A DNA stretch of 64,000 bases from the human T2T-CHM13v2.0 reference genome, Homo sapiens (GCF_009914755.1 NC_060937.1); one strand, 5' to 3'; shown: positions 1-18,742, counted from the first letter of the stretch. Made by a program: numbers and translations. Notes: generated from the sequence alone by a model not told the origin.

Positions 1-1000
1 ATCTATATGTCTGTTTTTGTTCCAGTAATATTTAAGGTTGTTCTTAAACTTGGTGAGAATCTTTTAGATTAAGGGAGCCAACACAGAGATGCTATTTCAA
101 AAATTATACTGGACTTATGATAGTGTAATGATACAAAGAAGTTTATATTGGTGGGGTTAAAATGGGGGGAAAAGCCACTTGTAAATCCAATCAATTTAAG
201 TTCAGTTAGATTTTCTCTCATTCAGGTTTAGGCTTTGAATAATCATCTAAGTATATTTCACAATTTTTGATAAACATAAAGAATTACCTTCTTAGAGGGC
301 TGTAAAACCATTTTTATATCAAATTCCAGGAAAACATAACACTGTAAACTGACTTATATAATTCAATAAAATGAAGTTTTAGTTTTATTGAGAACTAGTT
401 TCAAGCCCATTAGTTAATATACAGGTTCAGTGTTTAGCTCTACAGGTTTGAATATTCTGTATAAAGTGGCAATTTACAATACCATAGTTAAATTAAGAAT
501 ATAGAAGTTGAATCATTTGAAGTTCCCAGTTTTTTAACCATCTTTTGGTTTAAAAATGGCCATTTCACATTGCCTAACCTAACATGTTATTTTTCAAGCA
601 GTAGCATCAGTTTTCTATTAACTGATACTAATTCCTTGCTTGAAGGATTTCAAATTTGACTTTTTTCTAAAAACTTTTGCTGAGAGGGGGTTTGCATAAT
701 TCTGGGTTCACATAATATTTTGTTGATTTTTTTAGGTTGTTTAGAGAATATTCAGCTGGTATGCACCAGAGAAGCCTCTTTTTAAAAATGTTCATTCATA
801 TTAATCTTGCTGTCTTCTGATTGGTTGCTGCCTGCAGGTTATCAGTAGTATCATGAGAGTAGAAATATTTTATTATTGATTTATAGGAGTTCTTTAAAGA
901 ATCTAAATGCCAATTTTTCTTAGTATTGCAAGTATATTCTCCCACTGTGTTGTCTTTTAAATTTGATTGTGATTTATTTTGTTGTATAAAAGCTTGTAAA

Positions 1001-1297
1001 TTTGTGTTTTGTTTTGAGACACAGTCTCGTTCTGTCACCCAGGCTGGAGTACAATGGCTCAATCTCAGCTCATTGCAGCCTCAACCTCCCTGTACTCAAG
1101 TGATCTTCCCGCCTCAGCCCCTCTGAGTAGGTGGGATTACAGGCACGCGCCACCACGCCGGGGTAATTTTTGTATTTTTTGTAGAGACAGGGTCTCCCTA
1201 TGTTGCCCAGACTGGTCTTGAACTCCTGGACTCAAATATTCCACTCGCCTCAGCTTCCCAAAGTGCTGGGATTATAGGCATGAGCCATTGTGCCAGC
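1001..1297 (-). mobile_element. Alu (J/S)
   Basis: Dimeric Alu consensus, antisense. Confidence 0.9.
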
Positions 1298-2002
1298 AAG
1301 AAGTTTGTAATTTTGAATGTGGTAAAATGTGTTAATCGATGTGTTTGTATTTCATGCTTTTCTGTCACGTTTAAGAAATTCACCCCTATACTGAGGTAGT
1401 AAAGATATTCTACATTTCTTCAAAAATCTTCAAGTTGCATTTTTAATATTTGGGTCTTAAATCTAATTGAAATTTGGGGGAGGTTTTTTTTTCATATGGA
1501 TAGCCAACGGTCCTAACAGCATCAATTGCATGCTATTTTGTTCTCCATTTATTTGTGATTCCTCTCAATCATATACCAAGTTTCTAGAAATATTCAAAAT
1601 TGTTTCTAAGTTCTCTATATCACACTTTTGTAATTATTGTAGCCTTATATTGTAGTTTGATAAAGGCAGAATTGTCTTGCTCTTCTTGGAACGTTATTCT
1701 TTCATTAAATTTTAAAATCATTTTGTCAAGTTCCATTATAAAACACGCTTAGGATTTTCATTGGAACTACATTGAATTTATAGATTCACTCGAGAGAACT
1801 GACAGCTTTGTGATAATAAGTTATACATGTGATTGATCTTGTTCATTCTTTAATTAAATATTTTATATTTTCTTCATCATGTCTTTGCACATCTTTTCAC
1901 AAATTCATTCCTACACAAATTGTGACTGCAAGTGGAATCTCTTTTTTTTTTTTCTGTTACATTTGGGTTGTTTCCAGTTTTTACTATGATAAATAATGCT
2001 GC

Positions 2003-2298
2003 TTTTTTTTTTTTTTTTTTTAGACGGAGTCTCACTCTGTCACCCAGGCTGGAGTGCAGTGGTATGATCTCGCGCACTGCAACCTCTGCCTCCCAGGTTC
2101 AAGTGATTTTCATCCCTCAGCCTCTGGAGTAGCTGGGATTACAGGCGCCTGCCACCATGCCTGGCTGTTTTGTATTTTTAGTAGAGACAGGGTTTCACCA
2201 TGTTGGCCAGGCTGGTCTCGAACTGCTGACCTCAAGTGATCTGCCTACCTCGGCCTCCCAAAGAGCTGATATTACAGGGTGAGCCACTGCGCCTGGCC
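2003..2298 (-). mobile_element. AluS
   Basis: Full dimer; TSD aataatgctgctttt at 1992-2006 and 2300-2314. Confidence 0.93.
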
Positions 2299-3284
2299 CA
2301 ATAATGCTGCTTTTAAAAATACACGTTTCTTGTTGCATATGTGGCCATATTTTTGTTGAGTATGTACCTCAGACTAAAATGGTTCTGTCTTAAGGTAATG
2401 AATCTTGAACTTTATACTTGATAATGTCACCTGTTTCTAAAACAGTTGTACCAATTTTCACTCCACTGGTATCGCACACTCGAAGCATTCCATATCTTCC
2501 CCAGTACTTGCAATTCTGAGTATTTTGATTTTTAGCCATTGGGTGTTTGTGTGATGGCATATTATGGTGGTGTTCATTTGCATTTCTATAATTACTAATA
2601 AGATTGAAGAAGTTTTCTTAAGATTATTAAGTATTTGGATATCCTTTTTTGTAAAGTAACTGTTAAGTTTTCTTACCCATTTTTCTCCTGGATTATTTGT
2701 CTTTTTTTCTCTTGATTTGCAGTTTTTTATATATTCTGATTTCCATTCTGTTATTGGTCATATATGTATTTCAAGAAAACTTTTCTGCTCTGTGATTTGC
2801 CTTTTCTCTCTCTTAGGAGTATCTTTTGGTTAACAGAAGTTCTTAGTTGTATTACCATCATAGGTATTATGCTTTCTCTTTATAAAGTTTGTGTTTTTGT
2901 GTCCTGATTAAGAAAATTTTCCTTGAGTTTAAAGACATTCTACTACTATATTTTCTTCTAGATGGTTCATTCATTTAAAAATTGATTTATAGGTGTGGTG
3001 TGAGGAAGAGGTTAAGTTTCATCTTTTTCCATATATGGCTATCCAATTATTCCAGCACACTGGTTGAGAAGATTTTTATTTCTTTACTTCCCTGCAGAAC
3101 ATGAGTCTGCTTCTGACCTTTCTATTCTGTTCATTGATTTTTCATCTGTGTGCCAATAGCACAACCATCTTACTGTAGCTTTCTAATAGTCCTTATTTCC
3201 AGTCAAGTGAGGACAATCATCTTTTTCTTCATAATTGTTTGTGTATTTTAGGCCGTCTACATTTCCATATAAATTTGGGAATCA

Positions 3285-6139
<2,855 letters not shown>

Positions 6140-6491
6140 AAATTTGGGAGTCAGCTGGTCAAATACACACACCTGATAGAAATTTGTTTGGAATTGCGTT
6201 GAATCTATAGATTGGGGAGAATTGAATCTTTACAATATTGACCCATCCAACCCATGAAGAGAGATGTTCTCTCATTCAGTTAGGTTTCCTTCCATTTCTC
6301 TTTACAATGTTTTCTCATTTTCTGTGTAGAAAGCTTGCATATTTTTGATGAGATTTATTCCTAGATATTTGATATTTTGTGGTTATTTAAATGATATCCC
6401 TTTAAAATGTTTATTTTCTAAATGTTGTTGATTTAAATGCAGTTCATTTTATTCATTAATCTTGTATTTAGCAACTTGACTAAACTCACTT

Positions 6492-6810
6492 TTTGTTTGT
6501 TTGTTTGTTTGTGTGTTTTGAGATAGGGTTTCATTCTGTCACCCAGGCGGGAGTGCAGTGATGCGATCATGGCTCACTGCAGCTTCAACCTCCCTGGGCT
6601 CAGGGAATCCCTCCCACATCAGCCTCCCGAGTAGCTAGGACTGCAGGCAGGTGCCACCATGCCCAGCTAATTTTTTTATTTTTTTGTAGAAACGGGGTTT
6701 TGCCATGTTGCCCAGATTGGTCTCAAACTCCTGGGCTCAAGTGATCTGCCAGCCTCAGCCTCTGCCTCCTAAAATGCTAGGATTACAGGCCTGAGCCATT
6801 GTGCCCAGCC
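6492..6810 (-). mobile_element. AluJ
   Basis: Full dimer; TSD taaactcactt at 6481-6491 and 6811-6821. Confidence 0.9.
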
Positions 6811-7045
6811 TAAACTCACTTATTAGTTCTACTAAATTATCTATAGATTCTTTTGGATTTTATAGTACACAGTTATATCATGTGAAAATAATACATTGTA
6901 TTTTTTCCTTTTCAGTCATTTTCCCCCCTAGCACTGGCTAGAACCTTCAGTACAGTGTTGAATTAGAAGTGGCAACAGCAGCCATCAGTGTACACTTCTA
7001 TTCTCAAAGGAAAAGCTTTCAGTGTCTCTCCAATTGCTTTACGAG

Positions 7046-7047
<2 letters not shown>

Positions 7048-7083
<36 letters not shown>
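7048..7083. repeat. (TG)n microsatellite
   Basis: Uninterrupted TG run. Confidence 0.95.
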
Positions 7084-7085
<2 letters not shown>

Positions 7086-7116
7086 CTACCATTTATCAGA
7101 TGAAGAAATTCCTTAG

Positions 7117-7420
7117 CCAGGCGCCATGGCTTTCGCCTGTAATCCCAGCACTTTGCGGGGCCCAGTGGGGCACATCATTTCAGACCAGCCTGGGCAACAT
7201 GATGAAACCCCATCTCTACTAAAAAATAAAAAATTAACCAGGTGTGGTGGTGCATGCCTGTAATACCATCTACTCTAGAGGCTGAGGCACGAGAATTGCT
7301 TGAACTCAGGATGCAGAGATTGCAGTGAGCCAATATCACACCACTGCTCTCCAGCCTAGGTGACAGAGCGAGACATTGGCTCAACAAAAAAAAAAAGAAA
7401 GAAAAAGAAAAGAAAAAACA
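7117..7420 (+). mobile_element. AluS
   Basis: Dimer with A-tail. Confidence 0.88.
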
Positions 7421-8176
7421 ATGTCTTTAGTTTGCTGAGAGAGTTTTTTTTTTAATCATGAATGGATGTTGAATTTTTCCAGATTTTTCTGAATCTTTGA
7501 GATGATAATTTTTCCCCTTTATCTTATAAATAAATGTGGCTAATTACATGATTGATTAAGTGGTAAACCAACATATTTCTGGAATAAATGTGATTGAGTT
7601 GTGCTATACTATTTTATTAAATAATTATTAAACTTTTTTTTATTAAATTCCTGGGTTCTATTTGTTAATATTTGTTTAGGATTTTCAAATTCATGTCACC
7701 AGTGTGATTGGTTGTAATTTTCCTTTCTCATAGTTTTTTCAAATCTTGGCTTCATAAAATGAGTTAGATTTTATTTTCTCTTTTTTTATTCCCTCGATGA
7801 ATTTATGCGTGCTGTTTTTTTTTTTCTTTTTAAGTGTACGGTGAAATTCACCAGTGAAGCTACATTTGTCTAGAGTTTTCTCTGGGGAGAAGTTTTTAAA
7901 TTATCGCTCAGTTTCGTATATAGAATTCTCTCTAATTTTATTTCCTTAGCCTGTTTTGGTAGGTTATTGTTTTCCCAGCATTTGTCCATTTAATCTAAGT
8001 TTGCGAATGTCTTGGCATCAAATTATTCACAATATCATTTTACCATTTTAATGTCTACAGGGGCATTCCCTTTTTATTCCTTACATTATTTTCTTGGTGC
8101 CTTCTCCCTTTGTTTCTTTTGATTAGTCTCACCAGGGAATTATCAATTTTACTAGTCTTTTAAAAGTAACAAATGT

Positions 8177-8488
<312 letters not shown>

Positions 8489-8872
8489 AACAAATTTTTG
8501 GCCTTACTAATGGACTCTATTATTTACTTTTTATTTCATGAATTAGTATTATATTTAGTATTTTCTTTTGTATTCCATGGGTTAATTTGTTCTTTTCCTG
8601 ACTTCTTGAGATGAATAATTCTTAGAGTGTCGACCACTCTGTTTTCTGTTTAGCATTTAAGGCTATACATTTTCTTCTAAGAGTTGCTTTAGCTTCGTCC
8701 CACAAGTTTTCATATGTAATATTTTCATTTTATTGGGTTCAAATTATTTTCCAATTTTCACTGTGCTTGGTGTTTTTTTTTTTTTTTGACCCGTGAGTTG
8801 TATAGAAGTATACTTCCTTATTTCCAAACATAGGAGACTTTTGCATTTATCTTTAAGTTTTTTATTTGTGAA

Positions 8873-9254
<382 letters not shown>

Positions 9255-9936
9255 CTAGAATTTGGTTGATATTGTTAAATGTTTTCTGTACACTTGAAAA
9301 AAACACGTATTATGCATTGTTGAGAACAATGTTCTATGTACGTGCATTTGTTAATTTATTTAACTCTTCTATATTCTTACTGACTTGTGTTTTGGTTTGA
9401 TTGAATTTTGATAATTTTTTCCTTCTCACTCTCTCCCATTGCCTTGGAAGTTATATACTCCTTTTCTATTTTTTTAGTAATTACTGTAAAGATTTCAACC
9501 TGAATCCTTGATTTAGCTATTAATTTTTGTTTATGTTGAGCCTGCATCTAGAGATCTTCCTAAACTCTCTCAACTCTCTCGTTAGATTAATGAGTTATTC
9601 TATAGATTTACTGACTACACGGACTTACTACACTGGCTAGGCTCTGCAGTACATTGTTAAATGGAAGCAGTGAACAGAGGGCATTTTTGCTTAATTCCAG
9701 GCTTTAAAGAAAATGCTATCAATATTACATCATTAATATGATGTTCCTGGTAGGTGTTTTGGTAGATTCCCTTTGTTGAGTTAAAGAAGTGTCCTAGTTT
9801 TTATTAATTTTTAAAGTCACAGTTGTAGGTTGAATTTTAGTTAATGCTTTCTCTGCATTAATTGACATAATTGCAAGGTATGTCTACTTTAATCTGTGAA
9901 TATGATAAATTACATTAATATAGATTTCTGATATAG

Positions 9937-10244
<308 letters not shown>

Positions 10245-10299
10245 TAGGATGATTCTTGTATTTTTATTTGTTTTTTTAATGGGCAAAGAAATTTTTTTT

Positions 10300-13200
10300 T
10301 TTTGAGCTTAGTTTTTTGGTATAATTTCCACTTTGATTTTAGATTTGGAAGTACATGTGCAGGTTTATTACCTGGGTATATTGTGTGATACCGAGGTGTG
10401 GGGTATGATTGATCCCATCACCCAGGTACTGAGCATAGGACCCAATAGTTTTTCAACCTGTGTCCCCTTCTGCTGTGCACCCTCTAGAATTCCAGTGTCC
10501 ATTATTGCCACCTTGATATCCATGAGCATCTATTGTTTAGCTTTCACTTATAAGTGAGAACATATGGTATTTGGTTTTCTGTTCCTGCATTAATTTGCTT
10601 AGGATAATGACTTCCAGCTGCATCCATGATGCTGCAAAGGACATGATTTTATTTTTTTATGAATGTGTAGTATTCCATGGTGTATATGTACCACATATTC
10701 TTAAGCCAGTCCACCACTGATGGGCACCTAGGTTGATTCTGTGTCTTTCCTGTTGTCAGTAGTGCTGAGAAGAGCATGCCGGGGCCTGTGTCTTTTTGTT
10801 AGAACAACTTACTTTCTTTTGGATGCATACGCAGTAATAGGATTGCAATGTCAAATGGTAGTTCTAAGTTTTTGAGAAATCTCCAAACTGCTTTCCAGGT
10901 AGCTGAACTAATTTACATTCCCATTAGCAGTGTATACGTGTATACTCTGCAGCCTTGTCAGCATCTGTTGTTTTTTGACTCTTTAATAATAGCCATTCCG
11001 ACTGGTATGAGATATAATCATGTTGTGGTTTTGATTTGCATTTCTCGGATGATTAGTGATGTGGAGCATTTTTCATGTTTGTTGGCCACTGGTATGTCTT
11101 CTTTTAAGAAGTGTATGTTTATATCTTTTGCCCATTTTTAATGGGGTTATTTGCTTTTTTTGCTTAATTGTTGAGTTTCTTATAGATTCTGAATATTAAA
11201 CCTTTGTGAGATGCATAGTTTGCAAATATTTTCACCCATTCTATAGGTTGTCTGTTTACTCTGTTGATAGGTTCTTTGCTGTGCAGAAGCTCTACAGTTT
11301 AATTAGGTCCCACTTGTCAGTTTTTTGTGGCAATTGCTTTTGAAAACTTAGTCATAAATTCTTCCCCAAGGTCAGCGTCCAGAATGCTGTTTTCTAGGTT
11401 TTCTCCTAGTATTCTTATAGTTTGAGGTCTTTCTATCTTTAGTTAATTTTTGTATATGGTGAAAGGTATAGGTCCAGATCATTCTTTTGCATATTGCTAG
11501 CTCAATATCCTAGCACCATTTATTGAATAGGAAGTCATTTCCTTATTGCTTATTTTTGTTGACTTTGTCAAAGATCAGATGGCTTTCTGTGTTTGGCTTT
11601 ATTTCTGAGTTCTTTATTCTCTTCCTTTGATCAATTTTTTTTTCCTGCCAGTACCATGCTCTTTTGGTTTCTATAGCCTTATGGCGTAGTGTGAAGTTGG
11701 GTAATGTGATGCTTCTGGCTTTGTTCTTTTTGCTTAGGATTGCTTTGGCTATTCCGGCTCTTTTTTGGTTCCATGTGAATTAGATTTTTCTAGTTCTGTG
11801 AAAAATGATGTTAGTAGCTTGATTGGAAAAATGTTGATTCTGTATATTGCTTTTGGTAGCATGGCCATTTTAATGATATTGATTCTTCCAGTCCATTAGC
11901 ATGGAATGTTTTTCCATTTGTTTGTGTCATCTATGATTTCTTTCAGCAGTGGTTTGCAGTTCTCCTTGTAGAGATCATTCACCTCCTCGATTAGCTGTAT
12001 TCCTAAGTATTTTATTTTTTGTGTGGCTACTGTAAAGGGGGTTATGTCCTTGATTTGGCTGTCAGCTTGGACATTATTGGTGTACAGAAATGCTACTGAT
12101 TTTTGTACATTGATTCTGTATCCTAAAACTTTACTGAAGTAATGTATCAGTTCCAAGTGCCTTTTGGTGGAGTCTTTTGGATTTTGAAGATATAGAATCA
12201 TATCGTTGATGAAGAGAGATAGTTTGACTTTTTATTTTCCTATTTGGATGCCATTTTTTTCTTTCTTTTGCCTGATTGCTATGGCAAAGACTTTTACTAC
12301 TATGTGAAATAGGAGTGGTGAGATTAGGCATCCTTGTCTTGTCCCAGTTGACAAGGAGAAGCGTCCAGCTTTTGCCTGTTACAATGTTGGCTGTGGGTTC
12401 ATAATAGAAGGCTCTGTTTTGAAGTGTATTCCTTTAATGCCTAGTTTCTTGAGTGTTTATTGTCAAGAAGGATGTTGAATTTTATCAAAAGTTTTTTTTT
12501 GCATCTATTGAGATGATCATATGGTTTCTGTGTGGTGAATCACATTTATTGATTTGCATATGCAGAACCTTGCATCCTTGGAATGAAGCCTACTTGACCA
12601 TGGTGAATTAACTTTTTGATGTGCTGTTGGATTCAGTTTGCTGGTATTTTGTTAAGGATTTGTGTGCCTATCTTCATCATTGAGATTAGCCTTTAGTTTT
12701 CTTTTTTTTTTTTTAATTGTGTGTTTGCCAGGCTTTGGTTTCAGGGTGATGCTGGCTTCATAGAATGAATTAGGGAAGAATCCCTCCTGGAGTTTTTGGA
12801 ATAGTTTCAGTAGAACTGGTACCAGTTCTTCTTTGTATATTTGATATAATTCATCTGTGAATACATCTGATTTAGGACTTTTTTGGTTGGCGGGTTTTAA
12901 CTTATGGATTCAATTTTGGAGCTTGATACTGGTCTGGTGAGGGTTTCAATTTCTTTCTGATTCAATCTTGGGAAGTTCTGTGTTGCCAGGAATGTATTCA
13001 TTTCCTCTACATTATCTAGTGTGTGTGCATAGAGGTGTTCATAATAGTCTCTGAGGACCTTTTGTATTTCTGTGGGATTGGTTGTGATGTCGTCTTTGTG
13101 ATTTCTGATTGTGCTTATCCGGATCTTCTTTCTTTTTCTTTGTTAATCTAGCTAGCAGTCTATCAATTTTGTTTATGTTTTCAAAGAAATGACTTGGTTT

Positions 13201-15390
13201 CTTTGAATCTCTGTTTTAATTTTGGGGTCTCAATTTTGTTTAGTTTTGCTCTGATTTTAGTTATTGTTTTTCTTCTGCTAGGTTTGGGGTTCTTGTTTTT
13301 CTGATTTCTCTCGGTGTAATGTTACATTATTAATTTGAGATTTTACTAGCTTTTTGAGGTACACATTTAGCACCATAAACTTTCCTATTAACACTGCTTT
13401 TGCTGCATCCCAGAGATTCTGGTATGTTGTGTTTCTGTTTTCATTTATTTCAAAGAATTTTTTGATATCTACCTTAATTTTATCATTTGCTTAAAAGTCA
13501 TTCAGGAGCAAGTTGTTTCATTTCCATGAAATTGTTTGGTTTTTAGAGATCTTCTTGATATTGATTTATATTTTTATTCAACTGTGGTCCAAAAAAAATG
13601 GTTGGTATGATTTCAACATTTTTTGAATTTATTGAGGCTTGCTTCATGGTGGAACATATGGTTGATCTTGGAATACATTCGCTGTGCAAATGAGAAGAAT
13701 GTATATTCTGTGGTTGATGCATGGAGTGTTCTTTAGGTGCCTATTACATCCAGTTGGTCAAGTGTTGAATTTATGTCCGTAATTCCTCTGTTAGTGTTCT
13801 ATCTGAATGATCTGTCTAATGCTGTCAGTGGGGTGTTAAAGTCTCCTGACTATTATTATGTGGCTGAGTCTTTTCATAGGTCTAGAAGTACCTGTTTTAT
13901 TAACCTGGGTGATCCAATGTTGGGTGCATATATATTTAGGATTGTTAAGGCTTCTTGTTGAATTGAACCCCTTATCATTATGTAATGCCCTTCTTTGTCC
14001 TTTTTTACTATTGCTGGTTTAAAGCCTGTTTTATCTGTTTTAGGAATAGTGATCCCTGCTCTTTTTGGTGTTTTGTTTGTGTGAGAGATCTTTCTCCAAC
14101 CCTTTACGTTGAACCTGTTGGTGTTGTTACATGTGAGATGGTGTCTTGAAGACAGCAGACAGATGGGTTTTGTTTTTTTATCCAACTTGCCACTCTGTGA
14201 CTTTTACGTGGTGTGTTTAGACTATTTACATTCAAGGTTAATATTGACGTGAGCTTTTCACCCTATCATGACATTGTTAGGTGGTTGCTTTATACTTTCT
14301 GTTGTATTGTTGTTTTATAGGCTCTGTGAGCTGTGTACTTAAGTGTGCTTTTATGGTAGCAGGTATCATTCTTTTATTTCCATGTTTAGAACTCCCTTAG
14401 GGATCTCTTGTAAGACTGGTCTAGTTTTAATGAATTCTCATGGCACTTGCTTCTCTGGAAAAAAAGATCTTTATTTGTCCTTCGCTCATGAAGCTTAGTT
14501 TGGCAGGATGCTCTTGATTAGAATTTATTTTCTTTAAGAATTCTGAAAATAGACCTTCCCAATCTCTCCTGATTTTTAAGGTTTCTGCTGAGACGTCTGC
14601 TGTTATCCTGATAGGGCTCCTTTTGTATGTGATCTGGCCTTAGGATTTTTTCTTTAACGTTGACCTTGGACTGTTTGGTATATGCCTTGGTAATGTCCAC
14701 TTTTTTATAGTATCTCGCAGGTGTTCTCTGGCTTTATTGTATCTAGATGTCTACCTTTCTAGCAAGATTCAGGAAATTTTCTTGAATGATTGCATCAAAT
14801 ATGTTTTCCAGGTTGTTTTCTTTTTTTCCTTGTCTCTAGGGAATGCCAGTAATTTGTAGGTTTGGTCACTTCACATAACCTATTTCTCAAAGACGTTCCT
14901 CACTTTTTAAAAATAGTTTTTCTTTATTTTTGTCTGACTGCATTAGTTCAAAAGACCAGTCTTCAGGCTCTGAAATTATGTCCTCTACTTGGTCCAGTTT
15001 ATTGATAAATCTTTCCATTGTATTTTGAAATTCCTTAAGTGAGTTTTTTAATTCCGGAAGTTCTGATTGATTTCTTTTTAAGATGTTTATCTCTTCCTTC
15101 ATTTGCTGAATTGATTTAGAAGTTTCCTTTTGTTGATTTCAACCTTGAATCTCATTGAGCTTCCCTGGAATCCATGCTTTGAATTCTTTATTGTCATTTC
15201 TGAGTTTTCATTTTGGTAGAAAGCATTGCCAGAGAGCTAGTGTGATCCTTTGGTGGTATCACTACATGCAGGTTTTTCATGGTGCCAGAATTCTTGTACT
15301 GGTTCTTCTCATCTGGAGATGCTAGCACTTCTAATTTTTGTAATTGTTTTTATGTGGGTAGGATTTTTTCTTTATCTTTTCTTTCCTATA

Positions 15391-15438
<48 letters not shown>

Positions 15439-16184
15439 TTTCCCTTTCCCTCCTCCTTAGGTGATGTGACTTTAGAGCAATGCTAGGTAGGTCTTTTGGC
15501 CTTGCTTCTATATGCACTTCTATCAGCAGGTTTTATATTGGGTATGTGGTTTGACCTACAAGCCAGTAGATGGCGGCGATGGGTAAGAGCTGGCTGTGGC
15601 CAGTGGTGCTGGCTATATACTTGCTGTTTGTTTATTGGGAAGAGCTCTCTGTTGCCTTAGGCAATGAGCTGATTCCTGGAGTACACATTAATCTGAGCTC
15701 CCTCCTAAACCCTAGGGGAACGGGAGTTAGGTGGGGGTGTGGGAGGAAGATGGGTGGAGCCAGATGGGGAAGGTTCCCCAGTGTTGTCCTGCTCTCAGTC
15801 CAGGTTTGGGAAAATGCCTGCAGCTTTTCCTTGTGTCCTTTCCTCACAAAGTCTCCAAGTCTCTCGTTAAATTAGCTCCAGGACTTGGGAGAAACAGTGC
15901 CCCTCCTCGGTCCGGGTTGCTTGGATCCCCAGTGGAAAGGTAAGACAGAGGGATGCTGTCTGCCTCTCTCACATACTGAGGCTTCACTCGCTTTTATCAG
16001 TCGAATGTTGTCACAAGAGCTGTTTGCCTGCGTTGTCCTCCCAAGGATCTGGGGTGTCCTTCATAATTCCAGGGAGTTGTCGTTTTCTTTCTTGAATTAA
16101 AGTTCACAGAGTTGATCTTTATGTACTATCTTGCTATTTCCAAATGGCTGAGGCATGCTAAAAGCCTGTAATCTGCCGTCTTGG
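10300..16184 (-). mobile_element. Near full-length old primate L1 (L1PA15/16- or L1PB-like), degenerate
   Basis: 3'UTR at ~10320-10560, RT fragment (ORF 11896..12201), endonuclease fragment (13874..14185), ORF1 fragments (14518..15102), L1-type 5' end ...ctgccgtcttgg. Confidence 0.9.
15393..15437. repeat. (ATT)n microsatellite inside the old L1
   Basis: About 15 ATT units. Confidence 0.95.
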
Positions 16185-16704
16185 AAAAAAATCCTTGCAT
16201 TCTTAAGAGAAATGGCACTTGGTATTGATACGTGGTATTTCTACACTGCTGAATTCACTTTGAAAAAATATATATATTTTTATATCTACATTTATATGTC
16301 AGACTGGTATAAAGTAATCGTCTACTGTATTTATGCAGTTTTGGAACCAGCTATTTTAGTGTTACTAAATGAGTTGGGAATTTTTCTTTCTTACTGTTAC
16401 CCAAAGGAATTTATATAAGACATGAATTATTGCTTTCGAATAGATTTAGTAAAAACCTCATCTTGTTCTTTCGTGGAGAGGTAGTTGAGAAATATTTTTA
16501 CCGTAAATGTAATTTATTTTCCACCTGTGGGGCAGAGGTTGCAGTGAGCTGAGATCGTGCCAGTGCACTGCAGCCTGGGTGACACAGCGAGACTGTCCCA
16601 AAAAAAAAGAAAGAAAATCAACTTAAAATGAACTCCTGGAATATTTCTGAGTGTATTTTTATACCAAGCATGTTCCTTGAACTAATTTTTCTTTTCTTTT
16701 CTAG

Positions 16705-16766
16705 GAAGAACCGGAACTATGGTTTGTGCCTGCCTGATTGCCAGTGAAATATTTTTAACTGCAGAG
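16705..16766 (+). pseudogene. TPTE2-like exon: (G)RTGTMVCACLIASEIFLTAE, 3' end of the CX5R active-site loop
   Basis: ttttctag|GAAGAACCGGAACTATGGTTTGTGCC...GCAGAG|gtatga; 62 nt, open. Confidence 0.95.
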
Positions 16767-16967
16767 GTATGAAAGATGTTACTACAAACTTTGTCTTAGG
16801 ATGACTGAGTTTGCTAGTTCTGAAACATCACTGGTAGGATGTTAAGATGATTATTTTAGTCATGGTGCTTAGTGAAATTGTAATTGGAGAAGCGGTTGTT
16901 AAAAAGTCTGTTTTTGATACTTCCTTGTTTAACATGCACTGGTTAGTAGCTGGCTTAAGAATCTCTT

Positions 16968-17229
16968 TGGGCCAGGACTAGAGTGAGGTCAATGAGGCGC
17001 AGAATTTAAGAGAATGCTAAAAATTGCAATAATTAAAATAAATGATTTTTCATGCAATATTTAAAAAATAAAAATTAATGCAAAAAAACCATGAGGTATA
17101 CAATATTAACATTTTAAATAATGACAAGACCTGATGGGGCAGGATTAAGGTGAGGGGAGTAAAGCCATGTTACACAGATACAAAAAACATTCAGTAATCG
17201 CAATGGTTCCCTCACCTCACCTGGCCCTG
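16968..17229. mobile_element. MER96B-like hAT element
   Basis: Inverted termini gggccaggactagagtgagg / cctcacctcacctggccctg with an A-rich core atgcaatatttaaaaaataaaaattaatgc. Confidence 0.65.
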
Positions 17230-17731
17230 CTGTTCTTCCTTCCTCATGAGAATAGTATCAAGCTTAATTAGATAAATTCTCCAAAGGGCCTTGGCCATCC
17301 TCACACCTCTTAGGTAGATAAAAGGCAACATTTCACAACTCAAAGCCTCTCCTGCATGTAAATACCTCTGCTTAGTCAACACATGTGGAGTCTGTGGCCT
17401 CTAGAAATTTCTGATAAGACAAGGTGGGATGTTTCCACCTACAGCAGTGTTCTCAGTCATTTTTCTTTGCCATTTTCTTGCTGAGATGCTACCATTTCCA
17501 GCAGCTCCGCTTGAGTTGTTTGGCCTACAGTCTAGGGAAGAAGTGGTGGTTCTGCACAATGCCCAGCACTCTAATTCCACCACCTTTGGTTTTTCTAATT
17601 TGAGACACACAGATTTTGAAAATGGATGTTCTAGGATGGTGTTTTTCAAGCTATGGATCATGATGTATCAGTGAGTTGTAAAATAAAGTTACTGGGTTGT
17701 GACTAACATCTCTTAAAAATAAAATGGAATC

Positions 17732-18090
<359 letters not shown>

Positions 18091-18448
18091 TTAAGTATTG
18101 GTGTGTGTGTGTGTGTACTTCTCCGAGGTTTATTAATGTGGATTGCAACTTAAAAAATGAAAAGTTTGAAAGCCACTGATACAGAGCCCTAGACTGAAAA
18201 CCAGAGACTTGTATTTCAGGCCTGTGCTGCTTCTAACTGGCTGCAGCATCTCCATGGCAGATTGTGTAGTTTTCTTTTGGTCTCAGTCTTCTCATTTGTA
18301 AGATGGAAAGAAGGGTTGGACCAGATGATTTCTAAGGTCTTTCCAGCTCTAAACTTTTATGTCTTTACGAAACCTTGAATGAGAGAAGTCTTTGATGTGA
18401 CTTTGTTAATTTTGGTAATTTGGGTAGCCTTTGCCAAAAGACCACTGC

Positions 18449-18742
18449 GGCTAGGCGCGGTGGCTCATGCTTGTAATCTCAGCACTTTGGGAGGCTAAGG
18501 CAGGCGGATCTCTTGAGTCAGGAGTTCGAGACCAGCCTGGCCAACATGGCAAAGCCCCCATCTCTACTAAAAATACAAAAAATTAGCCAGGTGTGGTGGT
18601 ACACGCCTGTAGTCTCAGCTACTCAGGATGCTGAGGCAAGATAATCGCTTGAACTCGCGAGGCAGAGGTTGCAGTGAGGTGAGATTCTGCCACTGCACTC
18701 CAGTGTGCGTGACAGAGCGAGACTCCATAAAAAAAAAAAAAA
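18449..18742 (+). mobile_element. AluS
   Basis: Dimer with A-tail. Confidence 0.9.

Noticed and set aside
736-758. 23-nt candidate micro-exon (tttttttag|GTTGTTTAGAGAATATTCAGCTG|gtatgc)
   Set aside because: Good-looking splice sites, but no recognisable TPTE homology, frame-shifting length, and it lies in degraded AT-rich repeat-like sequence; unsupported without RNA data.
15250-15486. ORFs with poly-Leu/poly-Ile that resemble transmembrane peptides
   Set aside because: Translation of an (ATT)n microsatellite inside an L1.
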